Assembly: GCA_049287205.1 (NCBI GenBank)
Contig: JBAQFJ010000001.1
Location: 43,156 to 107,155, forward strand
From: Microgenomates group bacterium
GTDB taxonomy: Bacteria; Patescibacteriota; Microgenomatia; UBA10105; UBA927
DNA length: 64,000 bases
Reading direction: 5' to 3'
In this document: piece by piece, positions 34,192 through 50,500 of the stretch
Numbering within the stretch: the stretch's first letter is position 1
Layout of the letters: the number at the start of each line of letters is the position of its first letter
Translations under genes and position numbers: made by a program
The notes under the pieces: generated by a model
Database searches by the model: none
What the model was told of the DNA's origin: nothing
The model's input: the letters and a program-made list of their open reading frames with translations, nothing else

Positions 34192-34557
34192 GTGAAGACT
34201 TACTCTGTCGCTGATGTTGAATTGTTGATTCACCGATTATCAGCCAGCAATCATGCGACGACTGATACAGGCATCTTAAATAAACTCAAACAAGCGTTTC
34301 AACAAGATCCGCCATTGGTGTTGCCGAACTATCAAAAACAAAAACTCGCAACGCTTTTGTTTGCGCTTTTGGGATCACCATCCCATAGTGGATATGTAGC
34401 CAAATATCGACTTGCAGCCGTTGAACTTTTGGGTTTCATTGGAGACAAAAGTGTTCGCAATGTTCTTGCTGAACGACTGAAAGTGGAATGGTTTGATTCC
34501 ATTACTAATATATTACGGACGGCAATTGAAGCAATTGATCAACGATTGAAGAAATAG
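34192..34557 (+). CDS. HEAT (PBS-lyase-like) repeat protein
   Basis: RLAAVELLGFIGDKSVRNVLAERLK matches a HEAT_PBS-type repeat. The probable start is GTG 34192, since the track ORF 34132.. overlaps the upstream gene. Confidence 0.45.
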   Translation: MKTYSVADVELLIHRLSASNHATTDTGILNKLKQAFQQDPPLVLPNYQKQKLATLLFALLGSPSHSGYVAKYRLAAVELLGFIGDKSVRNVLAERLKVEWFDSITNILRTAIEAIDQRLKK

Positions 34558-34796
34558 TATCCCTTGTTTTTTGCACGAAATGTATAACCACACCATCCCA
34601 ATTGAAGGGATTGTATATATGTGACGAGTATTCGTCGTGTGTGTATAATTCTGGGGATGGTGTTTTTTTATAGGGTTTCTATTTATTTTTTCATGGCTTA
34701 TACTTATTCTACTTTGAGAAGTATGTAATTATTGACGAAGATTATATTTTTAGCAATCAATGATGTTAAGTGCTAATGCATAGAAAATAGCTTGCT

Positions 34797-36287
34797 ATGA
34801 CAACAAAAAGGGTGTTTTTATTCTTAAGCATTCTTGTCAGTTTGTTATATCTTCCGTTTTTAGGGAATGCGTTTGTATCCGATGATATCCCAGGGATTGT
34901 ACAGCAGGTTCCGACGTGGAATTTCTTAACTTCCTTTGAATGGACACAGTTTATTCATATCAGCACATTTTTGCAGCACTGTACGTATCTGCTTTTTGGT
35001 TTAGCGCCGTGGGCGTTTCGACTGGTAAACATTTTGTTTCATATTGGCGCTGTGTGGCTTATGTACCTGATAGGGAAGCGAATGGAGAGGCCAACAGGTG
35101 CGTTTGTGGCGGCGTTGGTGTTTGCCGTACATCCGCTCGTCACCGAATCTGTGACGTGGATATCAGGGGGCGCGTATGCCGAGTACACATTTTGGTTTCT
35201 TCTTTCCTTTTGGTGCTATTTGCAAGGCAAAAAACGATATTGGTTCGCTGTATTCTTTTTTATATTGAGTGTGTGTACGTCAGAGAAGGCGTTGTCACTG
35301 TCACTTTTGTTTCTTGTGTATGAATGGTTTTATGGAAATTTGAAGAAAAACTGGGGTAGTTTGATATCATTATTAATAGTAAATGCTAGTTTGATAGTAT
35401 TCTACGGACTGCAAATTGGAACGCGGACACAACAGCTTACTGCCTCTTCGTATCAGTCACTTTCTGGGTATATGAATCCGTTTGTGCAGATTCCTGTTGC
35501 AATAAGTTCGTATTTGCAGTTGTTCGTATTTCCTGTGGGGTTGACGCTGTATCATTCTGAACTTCAGTTTCCGTGGTGGAATTTTGCGATTCGTGCGGTC
35601 GTTGTTTCTTTGTTCTTGGGCATAACGGTGTATGCGCTTTTGAAGCGAAAACCAATTGGATTTTGGTTATGCTGGTTTGTGATTGGACTGTTACCAACCC
35701 TGACACCACTCAAGATTGGGTGGGTAGTTGCGGAGCGGTATGTGTATTTTTCACTCATCGGGGTATGTATGGTCGCTGGTATTTGGTTTGATATGGTACT
35801 ACATAGAAAGAAGTTGTTTGTATATAGTCTTTGTGTTGGAATATTGCTACTTCTTGGATATTGCACACAAACTGTATACAGGAATAGTCAGTGGCGGACG
35901 GAAGACACACTTTGGATTGCTACAGCGGTCACTTCACCGTCTCATCCGCCGACATGGAACAATATGGGGGATGTATATGCGCGGGCAGGGAATCCGGAGA
36001 AAGCAGCGGAAATGTTTCAGCGGGCAATCAATCTTAATCCACAGTATGCGGATGCGTATCACAACTTGGGACACACGTACTTGCGGATGGGGAAGTTTGC
36101 AGAGGCAAAACAACAATATAAACAGGCGATTCGCTTCAATCCGTATCTTTGGCAGTCATATCGGGATCTCGCGGTGATTTTTTACGAAGAACATGACATT
36201 GAGGCTGCGAAGGCAGCGTTATCAAAAGCGTTGCAGCTTGCGCCAAACGATGAAACGCTTTTAAAATTGCAGAAAATTTTTCGGTGA
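34797..36287 (+). CDS. polytopic membrane protein with C-terminal TPR repeats (GT-C/PMT-like architecture)
   Basis: About 10 TM helices, then TPR repeats (NNMGDVYARAGNPEKAAEMFQRAINLNPQYADAYHNLGHTYLRMGKFAEA...). Confidence 0.55.
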   Translation: MTTKRVFLFLSILVSLLYLPFLGNAFVSDDIPGIVQQVPTWNFLTSFEWTQFIHISTFLQHCTYLLFGLAPWAFRLVNILFHIGAVWLMYLIGKRMERPTGAFVAALVFAVHPLVTESVTWISGGAYAEYTFWFLLSFWCYLQGKKRYWFAVFFFILSVCTSEKALSLSLLFLVYEWFYGNLKKNWGSLISLLIVNASLIVFYGLQIGTRTQQLTASSYQSLSGYMNPFVQIPVAISSYLQLFVFPVGLTLYHSELQFPWWNFAIRAVVVSLFLGITVYALLKRKPIGFWLCWFVIGLLPTLTPLKIGWVVAERYVYFSLIGVCMVAGIWFDMVLHRKKLFVYSLCVGILLLLGYCTQTVYRNSQWRTEDTLWIATAVTSPSHPPTWNNMGDVYARAGNPEKAAEMFQRAINLNPQYADAYHNLGHTYLRMGKFAEAKQQYKQAIRFNPYLWQSYRDLAVIFYEEHDIEAAKAALSKALQLAPNDETLLKLQKIFR

Positions 36288-36556
36288 GATCGTGTTTTTT
36301 TGTGCAGGAACGTTGCACGAGAAATACTATAATTTCTTGTTGTTAAGCTCCAATTTCTTGATATTTTCCTATAAACGGATTAGGATACGGCCTACATATT
36401 GCAATGTTGCATATTTTGCTTGCATCGATTGCATTTTCATGGATTTGTAAGTGTTTCGTTTGGTGAAGAGTAAAGGAGAGAAGGGAGAAGAGTTTCGCTC
36501 TTTACCATACGTGTTGGATATATCGTTCAATTTCATATCGAAAGGATACGGGAAAA

Positions 36557-37030
36557 ATGAAAACGTTCTGGAATGAAATGGTTGAGACGTGGAAAGTGAT
36601 GTGGAAAGCGATCGTAAAGAGTTGGTATACAAAGGAGCCGCTGTTTGGGTTGCCGAGGAAAGTTTGCATGATCTATGTGGCCGTGCTGGGGTTTGGCATC
36701 GTGCATATGATTGCCAATGTGCTCATTTTTGCCGACACCCCGCTTCATCGGTTGGAGAATGAGTTTTTTGGACACATGTCTATTGTGTTGATTCTGTTGG
36801 TAGTGTATCCGATCATCCGAGAAAACAAACCGCCGACGCAAACAAAACATTGGCTCATTCTAGGTATCAGCATTGTCTGTTTGCTTGTTGGTGTGGGCAC
36901 GAGACTAGTGAATGCATGGTTTGACGCGAAGGTTATTATGCCATGGCTGGCGCTGTTTCTCATCCCCGGCGAAGCATTCTTTGTACTGTGGATTTATGGG
37001 GTGAAACCTAGCCGTAACAAAAAGTCGTAG
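36557..37030 (+). CDS. small membrane protein (4 TM)
   Basis: Hydrophobic 157-aa ORF. Confidence 0.45.
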   Translation: MKTFWNEMVETWKVMWKAIVKSWYTKEPLFGLPRKVCMIYVAVLGFGIVHMIANVLIFADTPLHRLENEFFGHMSIVLILLVVYPIIRENKPPTQTKHWLILGISIVCLLVGVGTRLVNAWFDAKVIMPWLALFLIPGEAFFVLWIYGVKPSRNKKS

Positions 37031-37068
37031 ATGCGTCTGTCATATTCATTGGAATCAAGGGAGAAAAA

Positions 37069-37356
37069 ATGAAAAACCAATGGCAGGTATTTAAAACTTT
37101 TCTTTATCAGGAACGGGACTATGTTAAAATCCGTTTTCGCATAATCTGTATCGTCGGTGCAATCAGCTTTATTTATTTTTTCCTGTTGAAGATGCCGCGT
37201 TCTCCGATCATCTCCGGTCTGCTTCTGATAAGTTTGATCGTTCCTCTCTGGGGTATTGCGGAAGGATTTTTCTTCTATCGTAAACGTGCCCGACAGCGTG
37301 AACAATTCAGGGAAACACTGAAGCGGGATAATCCGGAATTGTTTGAGAAACAATGA
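37069..37356 (+). CDS. small membrane protein (2 TM)
   Basis: RBS gggagaaaaa. Two hydrophobic helices. Confidence 0.45.
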   Translation: MKNQWQVFKTFLYQERDYVKIRFRIICIVGAISFIYFFLLKMPRSPIISGLLLISLIVPLWGIAEGFFFYRKRARQREQFRETLKRDNPELFEKQ

Positions 37357-37500
37357 AAAAGAACACGCTGTTTATCCAACATGTTTATGTGTTAGCCCCA
37401 CCAGGTGGTATTGACGTGTTGGCGTCGTACTTTTTTGACTTGGTGGGGATTTTTTTGGGGAATAAACCTTTGTCCTTCGTTTCTTGGTATAATCGAACCT

Positions 37501-39378
37501 ATGGATCAGAAGCATATCAGGAATTTTGCCATCATCGCCCATATCGACCATGGGAAGTCCACACTTGCAGATCGTTTACTAGAAATGACGAAGACGGTTG
37601 CCATGCGGGATATGCAGGCGCAGCTTCTTGACAGTAATCCGATTGAACGGGAACGGGGTATTACCATCAAACTTGCTCCTGTGAGAATGCATTATAAATA
37701 TAAGAATGAAGAATATATTTTAAATCTCATTGACACCCCTGGGCATGTGGACTTTGGGTATGAAGTATCACGCTCTATGGCAGCCTGTGAAGGCGCATTG
37801 TTGGTCGTTGACGCAACGCAGGGTGTACAGGCACAAACCTTAGCGAATCTCCATCAGGCGCGTGCAAGCAAGCTCACGATTATTCCACTGATCAATAAAA
37901 TTGATATGCCAATGGCACGTATCGAAGAAACCAAACAAGAACTTCGTGATTTAGGTTTTGTGGATGAGGAAATGATAGAAATTTCTGCAAAGACCGGTGT
38001 GAATGTCGATAAAGTTTTGGAAGCAATCGTGACACGGATACCGCAGCCATCAGGGAAAGAAGACGCGCCGCTTCGTGCACTGATCTTTTCTTCTCAGTAT
38101 GATACGCATAAAGGCGTCGTTGTTTTTGTTCGAGTAATTGATGGTTCGATACATTACGATACAGATATACATATTCATTTTCTTGCATCAAAATCCACTG
38201 TGACACCAATCGGTGTTGGTATTTTTCATCCGCAAATGCAGGAGACAAAAAGTCTTGTGGCAGGAGAAGTTGGCTATATCGCAACGGGTTTGAAGGATGT
38301 GCGTATGGCAAAAGTAGGAGACACGGTGACCATTGTTCCTGATGAAGATCATATTCCTTATGTTGAGCTATTATCCGGATACAAAGAACCGAAATCTATG
38401 GTGTTCGTGGGGTTATACCCGATTGAATCCAATGAATTCCAACATGCAAGAGAGGCGATGGAGAAATTGCAGCTTTCAGACAGTGCGTTTACCTTCAGGC
38501 CGATTTCATCTTTAGCACTTGGGAACGGATTTCACTGTGGGTTTTTGGGATTGTTGCACGCGGAAATTGTGCAGGAGCGGATTCAACGGGAATTTGGATT
38601 GTCACTTTTGGCAACGAGTCCGTCTGTTGAATATTTGCTTGCTCTCAAAAGTGGTTCATCTTTGTCAAAACTCGGGTTCACTGCATCTTCAATCATTCAC
38701 GATGAGGAAATGGAAAAATCAGGAAGTACTGTTGTATCGATCCAATCAGCTACAGCGTATCCGGATCCTACTGTTGTGGAATCTGTCCGTGAGCCGATTA
38801 TGCAGGTTGCTGTGTATTGTCCGAAACGATTTGTCGGAGCGGTTATGCAGCTCTCGGAAGAGAAGCGGGGAGAATACATCGATCTTGTGTATCACGGAGA
38901 ACAGGCGGAATTTACGTATCTTATTCCACTGTCCGAGATGATTGTGGATTTTTTTGACCGGTTAAAGAGTGTGACCGAAGGGTATGCGTCGCTTGACTAT
39001 GAATTTTTTGCATACAGCCCGGTGGAAGTTTCAAAAGTTGATATACTCGTTAATCGCGAACGGGTGGATGCACTCGCATTTTTAATTGTCAGGGATCAGG
39101 CACACAGGCGGGGAAAAGAGATCGTTGAACGATTAGTGAAGGTGTTGCCGCGGCAGCAATTTAGTATCCCTGTGCAGGCTGCCATTGGCGGCGAAGTGAT
39201 TGCGAGAGATGACATCAAAGCATTCAGAAAAGATGTCATTCAAAAATTATATGGCGGAGACAGAACTAGAAAAGACAAATTGCTTGATAAACAGAAAAAA
39301 GGGAAAGCGAAAATGAAACTGATCGGTCGGGTGGAAATTCCGCAAACCGCATTTTTTGACGTCCTTCGGAACAAATAA
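37501..39378 (+). CDS. lepA: elongation factor 4 (LepA)
   Basis: MDQKHIRNFAIIAHIDHGKSTLADRLL G-domain, DTPGHVDF, and a LepA C-terminal domain. The ATG at 37501 lies 7 nt after TGGTATAAT. The track start 37405 is an upstream extension. Confidence 0.9.
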   Translation: MDQKHIRNFAIIAHIDHGKSTLADRLLEMTKTVAMRDMQAQLLDSNPIERERGITIKLAPVRMHYKYKNEEYILNLIDTPGHVDFGYEVSRSMAACEGALLVVDATQGVQAQTLANLHQARASKLTIIPLINKIDMPMARIEETKQELRDLGFVDEEMIEISAKTGVNVDKVLEAIVTRIPQPSGKEDAPLRALIFSSQYDTHKGVVVFVRVIDGSIHYDTDIHIHFLASKSTVTPIGVGIFHPQMQETKSLVAGEVGYIATGLKDVRMAKVGDTVTIVPDEDHIPYVELLSGYKEPKSMVFVGLYPIESNEFQHAREAMEKLQLSDSAFTFRPISSLALGNGFHCGFLGLLHAEIVQERIQREFGLSLLATSPSVEYLLALKSGSSLSKLGFTASSIIHDEEMEKSGSTVVSIQSATAYPDPTVVESVREPIMQVAVYCPKRFVGAVMQLSEEKRGEYIDLVYHGEQAEFTYLIPLSEMIVDFFDRLKSVTEGYASLDYEFFAYSPVEVSKVDILVNRERVDALAFLIVRDQAHRRGKEIVERLVKVLPRQQFSIPVQAAIGGEVIARDDIKAFRKDVIQKLYGGDRTRKDKLLDKQKKGKAKMKLIGRVEIPQTAFFDVLRNK

Positions 39379-39635
39379 TGTTGTGTGACTTCTTTTTTTG
39401 TGTTTTTTTCCATAACGATTGAACATTAAATAAATTGTGTGATATTTTTAGTTCTATTGTGTGACATTTTGTATTGTTCCAGTTGGCTAAACCTACGAAT
39501 AGAAACAGCAATCTATTTTTATGAATTTTTGAGAATGTTTGTAGATACGAATCAGCTTTGAAACATATTTTGGTATATTTTGAAGCTAAATCGAGGCTTG
39601 CATTTGTCTCATGTCTATTATTATTATAGTTATAG

Positions 39636-39683
39636 ATTAGTAAAGTTTGGTAAAGTTCTTTGTAAAAATTAGTAAAAATTTGG
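39636..39683 (+). promoter_or_regulatory. pair of direct repeats ATTAGTAAA(G/AA)TTTGG upstream of the HTH-Cache gene
   Basis: Repeats at 39636-39650 and 39668-39683 (starts 32 nt apart), 50-100 nt upstream of ATG 39736. Confidence 0.3.
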
Positions 39684-39735
39684 AAAGTTAAGTACTGACA
39701 AAGGGGTTTGGGCAGTACGGACCTGACCAGTCTCT

Positions 39736-41630
39736 ATGCCCAAAACCTATTCCGTAAAAGAAGCAGCCGCAATCCTCGGCTTTTCCACAAACACCATCTA
39801 TTCTTTCCTGAACGCGAAGAAACTGAAAGGACTTCGTATCGGCAAAGGGAAGTTTCGGATTCCGCAAAGTGAAATCGACCGGATGACCGGCGCGTCAGCG
39901 TCTGATACTTCAATATCTGAACTACCGGTGATTATTGAGCATCCGCATCGAAATGAAGAAAAATCCCTCGTCTTTCAGGAAACCATTCCGTATCTGCAGC
40001 ATTTGTCGTTGACTGATTGGTTTATTGGTATGGGATCTATCATTTTCGGATTGTCTATGTTTATTTATACCGCATCCATCGAGTTGTTTATTACCACACA
40101 ACTGATGGGGTGGTATTGGGTGCTTCGGGTATTATTTATTTTGTTTGGCGTCGGATTTTTGACGGCGAAGATTTCTGTTCGGGTTCCACCGATTTGGGTA
40201 ACTGTGTATCAGTGTTTGTTAATCGGATCATTTGGGTGGTTTATTGTGATTTCTCATTTAGCACATGACACGCAGGGGACAGTTGTCGGGTTTTTTATCT
40301 GTTTAATCATGCTTGCACACCTCTTTTTCAAACCCGCCTATCACACACTGATTGCGCTCACGGTACTGGAAGCAGTGGTGGTCAATACGATACTCTTTGT
40401 GTTTGCACCGGAGTATCTTGCACTTATCAACGCATCTTTTGGTATAACCGTCCGTTCGGGAATATGGGGACAACTTGCCACGTTAATTGTGCCGTTCGTT
40501 ATGTATCTTTTATTAGTTGTTTCTCACCGATTTTTCCTTCGGTTTTATTATTTTCTTATCATCCTTGGGTCTGTAGCATGCCATATCACCGCGTATTTTT
40601 GCGGCGTGCATCTTTTTTGGCGGCAGGGGCTTGAGTTTTTGTTTACCGGTATCATGTTATTTATCTACGCGATGCGGCAGACGGACGCGATGAAAGCATA
40701 CAAAAAAACATGGGTGACAGGAACAGTTTTAGGGCTTATATTTGCATGTTTTCTCGCTATTGTTTTGGCACTCAGGGTATTTGAACTGACAATGTTTGAT
40801 CATGCAAACAAGGAATTGCAGGTAAAAGCGGAAAACGGCAAGACATATTTGGAAACGGTATTCGGATATGCAAAAAAAAGCTTTGATGTATCTGCTCGGG
40901 AAGAAGGCCTCAGGCAGGCGCTTGAAACGAAAGATAGAAAAACATTAACTGAATCGGCAAAAAACATTTATGAACAATTTCCGCATATGTATCGGATTGT
41001 CATATTGGACAAGGATGGAACTGAACTGGCTAATTATCCTGAAGACGCTGCGTTGATCGGGAAAAACTATGCATACAGGGAGTATTTTCAGGATGCACTG
41101 ATTCAAGAAGGTACGGTATTTTCCGGAGCGGTTCAAACATCAGGTACTGTGAAAAGATATACCATCATTATGGCAAGTCCCATTGTCGAACATGGCACTA
41201 TTTATGGTGCGATTGCCGGATCATTTGATATGGATGAGTTGGGACGGAACCTCCAATCATTTGCAGCAGATGAAGAAGGAGAATATTTTGGGGTATTGGA
41301 TCGTGATGGTGTGCGCATCATCAATCCGGATATAACAACGATCGGATCAGCAATAACTTCTGCAGAGCTTGATAAATTCAAGAACATTCCATATTGGAAG
41401 GAAAATCTTGATACACGGATTAATCCACATGGGGTTCTTGTACATGCAACATATCGCTCGGTGGACTTCGCGAATGTATATATATCCGCAGTCCAGCCGT
41501 ATAAGGAAAATCTTCAGGCGAATTTGATCGCGTTGTGTATCACTTTGGTTATCAGTGCGTATGGGTACATTGCTACGCTCATCGCTTGGTATGTCTGCTA
41601 TAGAAAAAGTAAAAAACATGGAACTGGGTA

Positions 41631-41631
<1 letters not shown>
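39736..41631 (+). CDS. membrane-bound one-component regulator: N-terminal HTH (Xis/MerR-like) + multi-TM region + extracytoplasmic Cache-like sensor domain + C-terminal TM
   Basis: [44 protein letters not shown] is an HTH_17-type motif. About 8 TM helices. A ~250-aa domain resembles a Cache fold ([16 protein letters not shown]...YFQDA...VFSG...YTIIMASPI...[12 protein letters not shown]) and is followed by a final TM helix. Its TAA stop overlaps the ATG of the next gene. Confidence 0.55.
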
Positions 41632-45869
<4,238 letters not shown>

Positions 45870-45875
45870 TTCCTA

Positions 45876-47548
45876 TGGCAGAAAAATACAGTATTTCATC
45901 GATGGGCAATAGCATTGTGTGTGTAGCGCGTGTTATTCGTACAAATCCACGTCGTGTGATCATCGCGGCGCTTTGCTGTTTTGTCATCGCTTCATTTTTT
46001 GTGTTTCGTGGAAAATATATGATGACTGTCTGGGGTTTCTTACATACAGATTTTGTTGTTGCAGAAAATGGTGCATCGTACAGGACAAATGAAGAACCGC
46101 ATTTTACCGCACATATCGGTAGTGCATCAGATAAAAGTGTGACAAAAACAGCAATGACTGTCGAAGGGAAACAGTTTTCTTTGACGTATGTCCCGAATCT
46201 TGCTACAGAAAGTGCGAATTTTGCAACACATTCAGCTGTAACTGCAACGGATTCCGCTGAATCAACGTATTCACTGTTTGCTCAACTTGATGCGATGAAT
46301 AAACAGATTATTTCTACAGTCGGAAAAACGGAACAGGTGTTTGACGGTCCTAGAGAAGTGATTTCACACGAAGGATTATTTCAGGGAAGTGTTATTTATA
46401 GTATTGATGCACATAAGTTTATTGAAGAATGGACAATACAACAATTATTGCAGCAACAGATCACATTTCGTACAGAAAGCCCTGACTATATCTGTGCCAT
46501 CTTGCCTGATCAAACATGGGAGTACCGGAATGGAGCAAAACCAATGATAAAAATTACCACGACAGTCACTGTTGATGGCGTTGTGACAACACTCCCAACG
46601 GTTTCTGAGAAAAAAATCGAAGCGGGAAACAGTGCTGAAGTGCAGCTTATTGTTCCAATTGCGGCGTATGGAAAACACACAGTGTTTACTCGGGTGTATG
46701 AGCGCGTCGATGGAAAAACATTGTCGCCGACAGAATTATTGCAAGCGGCAGTGGGCGAGAAGCTTGCGACGCAAAGTGCGCTCTTGTCATTTCCTGTCCA
46801 TTCTATGACGATGTTTGGCGGAGAAGTTGTTCTTATCAATGGTGATGATCATACTGCGGGCGTGCTTTCTCCAAATGGGTTGTATACGGCATTGCCGTTA
46901 ACGCTCGATACTGTCGCCTGCGGAGAGCAAACATGTTACGGATCCGACGCTTCAGAATATGTTGTGTTTTCACCACATATGACGGTACTCCAAGGACAAG
47001 AAACAGAACCGGTTTCCCGTATTCCTGTTGGTGACGGACCCATCGGAGGAATTGCTGTTGTAGATAATACCGTATACCGCACCGCAGCGACGAGTCCAGT
47101 TGGAGGGATATATACAATTACAAACTTTGAAAAAGATGAACAAAAAATATATTCAGGATATTCAAATGCAAACGAAATAGCAGTCCATTCCAAATTAAAA
47201 AATATTGCGTTTATCGCCGACGGACAACTACAGACAGGGGAACTTGAGGGTGATGTGCATCCTGTGCAACTGCCTTCACCTATCCTATCAATTTCGTTTG
47301 GAACTGATGGATATTTGTATGGCATTATGTCGTATGAGAAACGACAACAGGATATGATTGTTCGAATTTCTTTGGCGACGAACTCTCTTGAAATTCTGAA
47401 CAATGTTTCGGGGCAATTTTCTTCGCTTGTTGCGAGCGAGCACGCACTCATTATTTCTATGAACATTGCTGATGGGTCGTGGGCGATTGTGCCGATTCCT
47501 TTTAGCGATATGCGCTGGCACACCTATGCGGAAGGAGTAACACAATGA
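45876..47548 (+). CDS. signal-anchored extracytoplasmic protein (557 aa), unknown function
   Basis: N-terminal TM helix (VIIAALCCFVIASFFVF). The first ATG is at 45876, 4 nt after the giant gene's stop. Confidence 0.55.
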
Positions 47549-50500
47549 AACTATTCCGTAGCTTTCGATCAGTTGCAGTCATACTGTGTTTACTGATGGT
47601 TTTATATGGTCCAAGTAGCGTTTGGTTAGCGCTTCGCATACCGGAACCAGTCAAAACAATTATTTCAGATGCGGCGCCGAAAGAAGTACATGCGGAAAGC
47701 GGGTTTATCCCTTCATCAATTGCGATTACCCAAGGTAAAGAATTGACAGATATGAATTATGCGGCAGTTTCCAATGGAACGATTAGTGCCGGTGCCGGCG
47801 CACACTGGAGAATATTGTCAACGACAAGTGGTATTGACGCAACAATGACATTTGAAGATGTGGAACTGCACAGTGCAAACGTGATGTATATCAATTACGA
47901 TGGATCGGTTTCGAGTGCATCACTCACGTATCAGATACAACTGTGGGACGAAACTGATCAGGTATGGAGAAGTGTTTTACCACATGGAACAAATTTAGCA
48001 AACGTTGCAGAATCTGCCGCGGGACTTGTTACACAGGTGACGGCAGCGGTCAATAATGGATATCAGTTTCCGATTTACGACGGTTATTTTTCTAACGGTT
48101 CCAATACGCCGGTACCAACACCCCTTGCTCATTTTGTCAACGCATCCAAGCAAGTAAAAATCCGATTTTTATCCAGTGTCTCAACAGCCAATTATGAGAT
48201 GCGTGTTGATTATCTTGGCATTGAACCGACGATTGATACCATGCGGTATGCAAGCAGTCTTGCGTTTGGATCAAACGGCGGATCTATTTCAGGAGCAGGA
48301 GAATACAATGATACGACGACTGATGATGCTTCAGGAGTCATCATCACCGCGGGATCTTCTGGGATTGATGCACAGTTTTCATTTACGAACCTTGCGACTC
48401 CGTATGTAGGTGCAAATACCATTCTTGTGGAATTTTCTGGAAACAAGGATGCAAGTTTGACGAATTATTATGTGTATATAAAAGATTACACTGCAACATG
48501 GGACGTCTTAAATGCAACAGCGCTCACCAATACCGCTGACGGAAAATATGAGTTTGCAACGGATGCAACACAGCTAGCAAATTATCTTTCAGGAAACACT
48601 GCAGTAATTCGTATCTATTCATCAGACAGTTCAGGAACCGCAACAGTAGATCATCTGCGTATTACCATCGGATCGACAACGACCAGTACTGGCATATATA
48701 ACGGAACGATTTCCCGTGGAGGGACAGCAACAGGAACGCCTGCAAACACAACAACGTTGGATACCACAACAACCGCGGCAAGTTGGACCATTCCTACGAC
48801 AACAGCTGATACCAGAACGACGACAGAATATTTTGGTGACTGTGGTACTGCAACAAATTCTTGTACTGCGTCCAATATAGTGATGCCGGTGACAGTCCCA
48901 GACAATCAACTGGTGACAGGCGTGCATATGGCGTGGCGGTATTTAACATCGGTTGCGACGGTTGATTTGGAATTTGGCATTCGGAGTAAAAAAATGGGGA
49001 ATGTCCCTATGTCCACTGCTGCGGCGGATGAAATAGCATTGATGACGATGTATCGCACTGCCGCATATCCGATGCAGCCGCAGATTGGCACTGATCCTTT
49101 AACTACAGTACCTGTATATCAGCCACATGAATATGTCGATACCGTGAACAATGCAATTACGGTGTATGCGAGGACAGCTGCAACAACTGTTGCCACAGCA
49201 CAAACTATGGCGTGGGATTTTGCGTTTGTTTCTATCAAGACGATTGATGTCGGGCAGTCGATTACTGCTGCGTGGACGCCAACGGCCGGATCTTTGACGT
49301 ATGGGACAACGACGACGTCTAATTTTCGGTTTACCAATGCTGACGACAACGGATATTGGGTTGTCACAAGGAACGGAACGAGTGGTACTGACGCAACATT
49401 GTCATTTACTGGAATAACAATACCTACAAACGCAAATAAGTTGGTTGTAACGACAAAATTATTGTGGTCGGTTGTTTCTACTGCGTATGAGTTATATCTG
49501 TATGATTTTAATAGCAGCAGTTGGCGGGAAATTACACCACATAGCACAAATTTTGTTGCCTATACGACAGCAAGTACGGAACAAATAGTGCAAATGGAAA
49601 TATATGACGGCTATTTTTCTGATGGTTCCAATACACCAATACCAACGCCTCTTTCTTATTTTGCTCCAAGCGGAGAAGCGAGGATTCGTGTTGTATCTAC
49701 ATCAACGACTTCTAACTTGAGCTTCGATTACGCATCGCTTGAGTTTGTGAAAGATCCTGTTTATTTTCCGGCAAGCGTGAGTCAAACCGGTACAGTGACT
49801 GCAGGAACGGAATATAACGATTTGACGACGGATGATGCGACATCCAATTATGTGTTGACGTATTCCGGTGGATTGCAGGCAAATTTCACCTTCAAAAATG
49901 TATTGACACCGCCCGCAGGATCAAATGCCCTGTACGTGGTGTATTCAGGCTATCGGACGACGATCACAAATTATTCTGTGAAAATCAGAAATTATGGAGG
50001 AGGCAGTTGTACTGCCGGATATGAAGCATTAAACGCCACTGTGCTGACAAATACGGCAGATGCAACGTATTATTTCCTGTATGCCATTTCCGACTGGAAT
50101 TGTTATATAAGTAGCGGTCAGATGGAAATTCAGGTGGCAACAACTGGAGCAAGTGGAATCATCAATGTCGATTTTTTAAAGATTGCACTCGGGAGTGTAA
50201 ATACAACAAGTAATACGTCAAGTATTGATATGGGTGCAGTATATAAAAATGATGTGACGAAAATCCGTACGATGGATACAAGCGCTACGTTTAATGGATT
50301 ATTAAACGGCTGGCGGGTAAAGACCGTGCCAAATACGATGAGTAATCGTCAGTATGATGGCCCCACAACCGTTTCGGGGCGGGTGGAAATGCCCCTCACG
50401 ATGCCGAGCAATTCTTATCCGGTTTCCCTTATCTATATGTATGCGGGAACACCGTATACGACGCTTGTTACTGTCATGCCAACGTTTAAGGACGCAAAAA

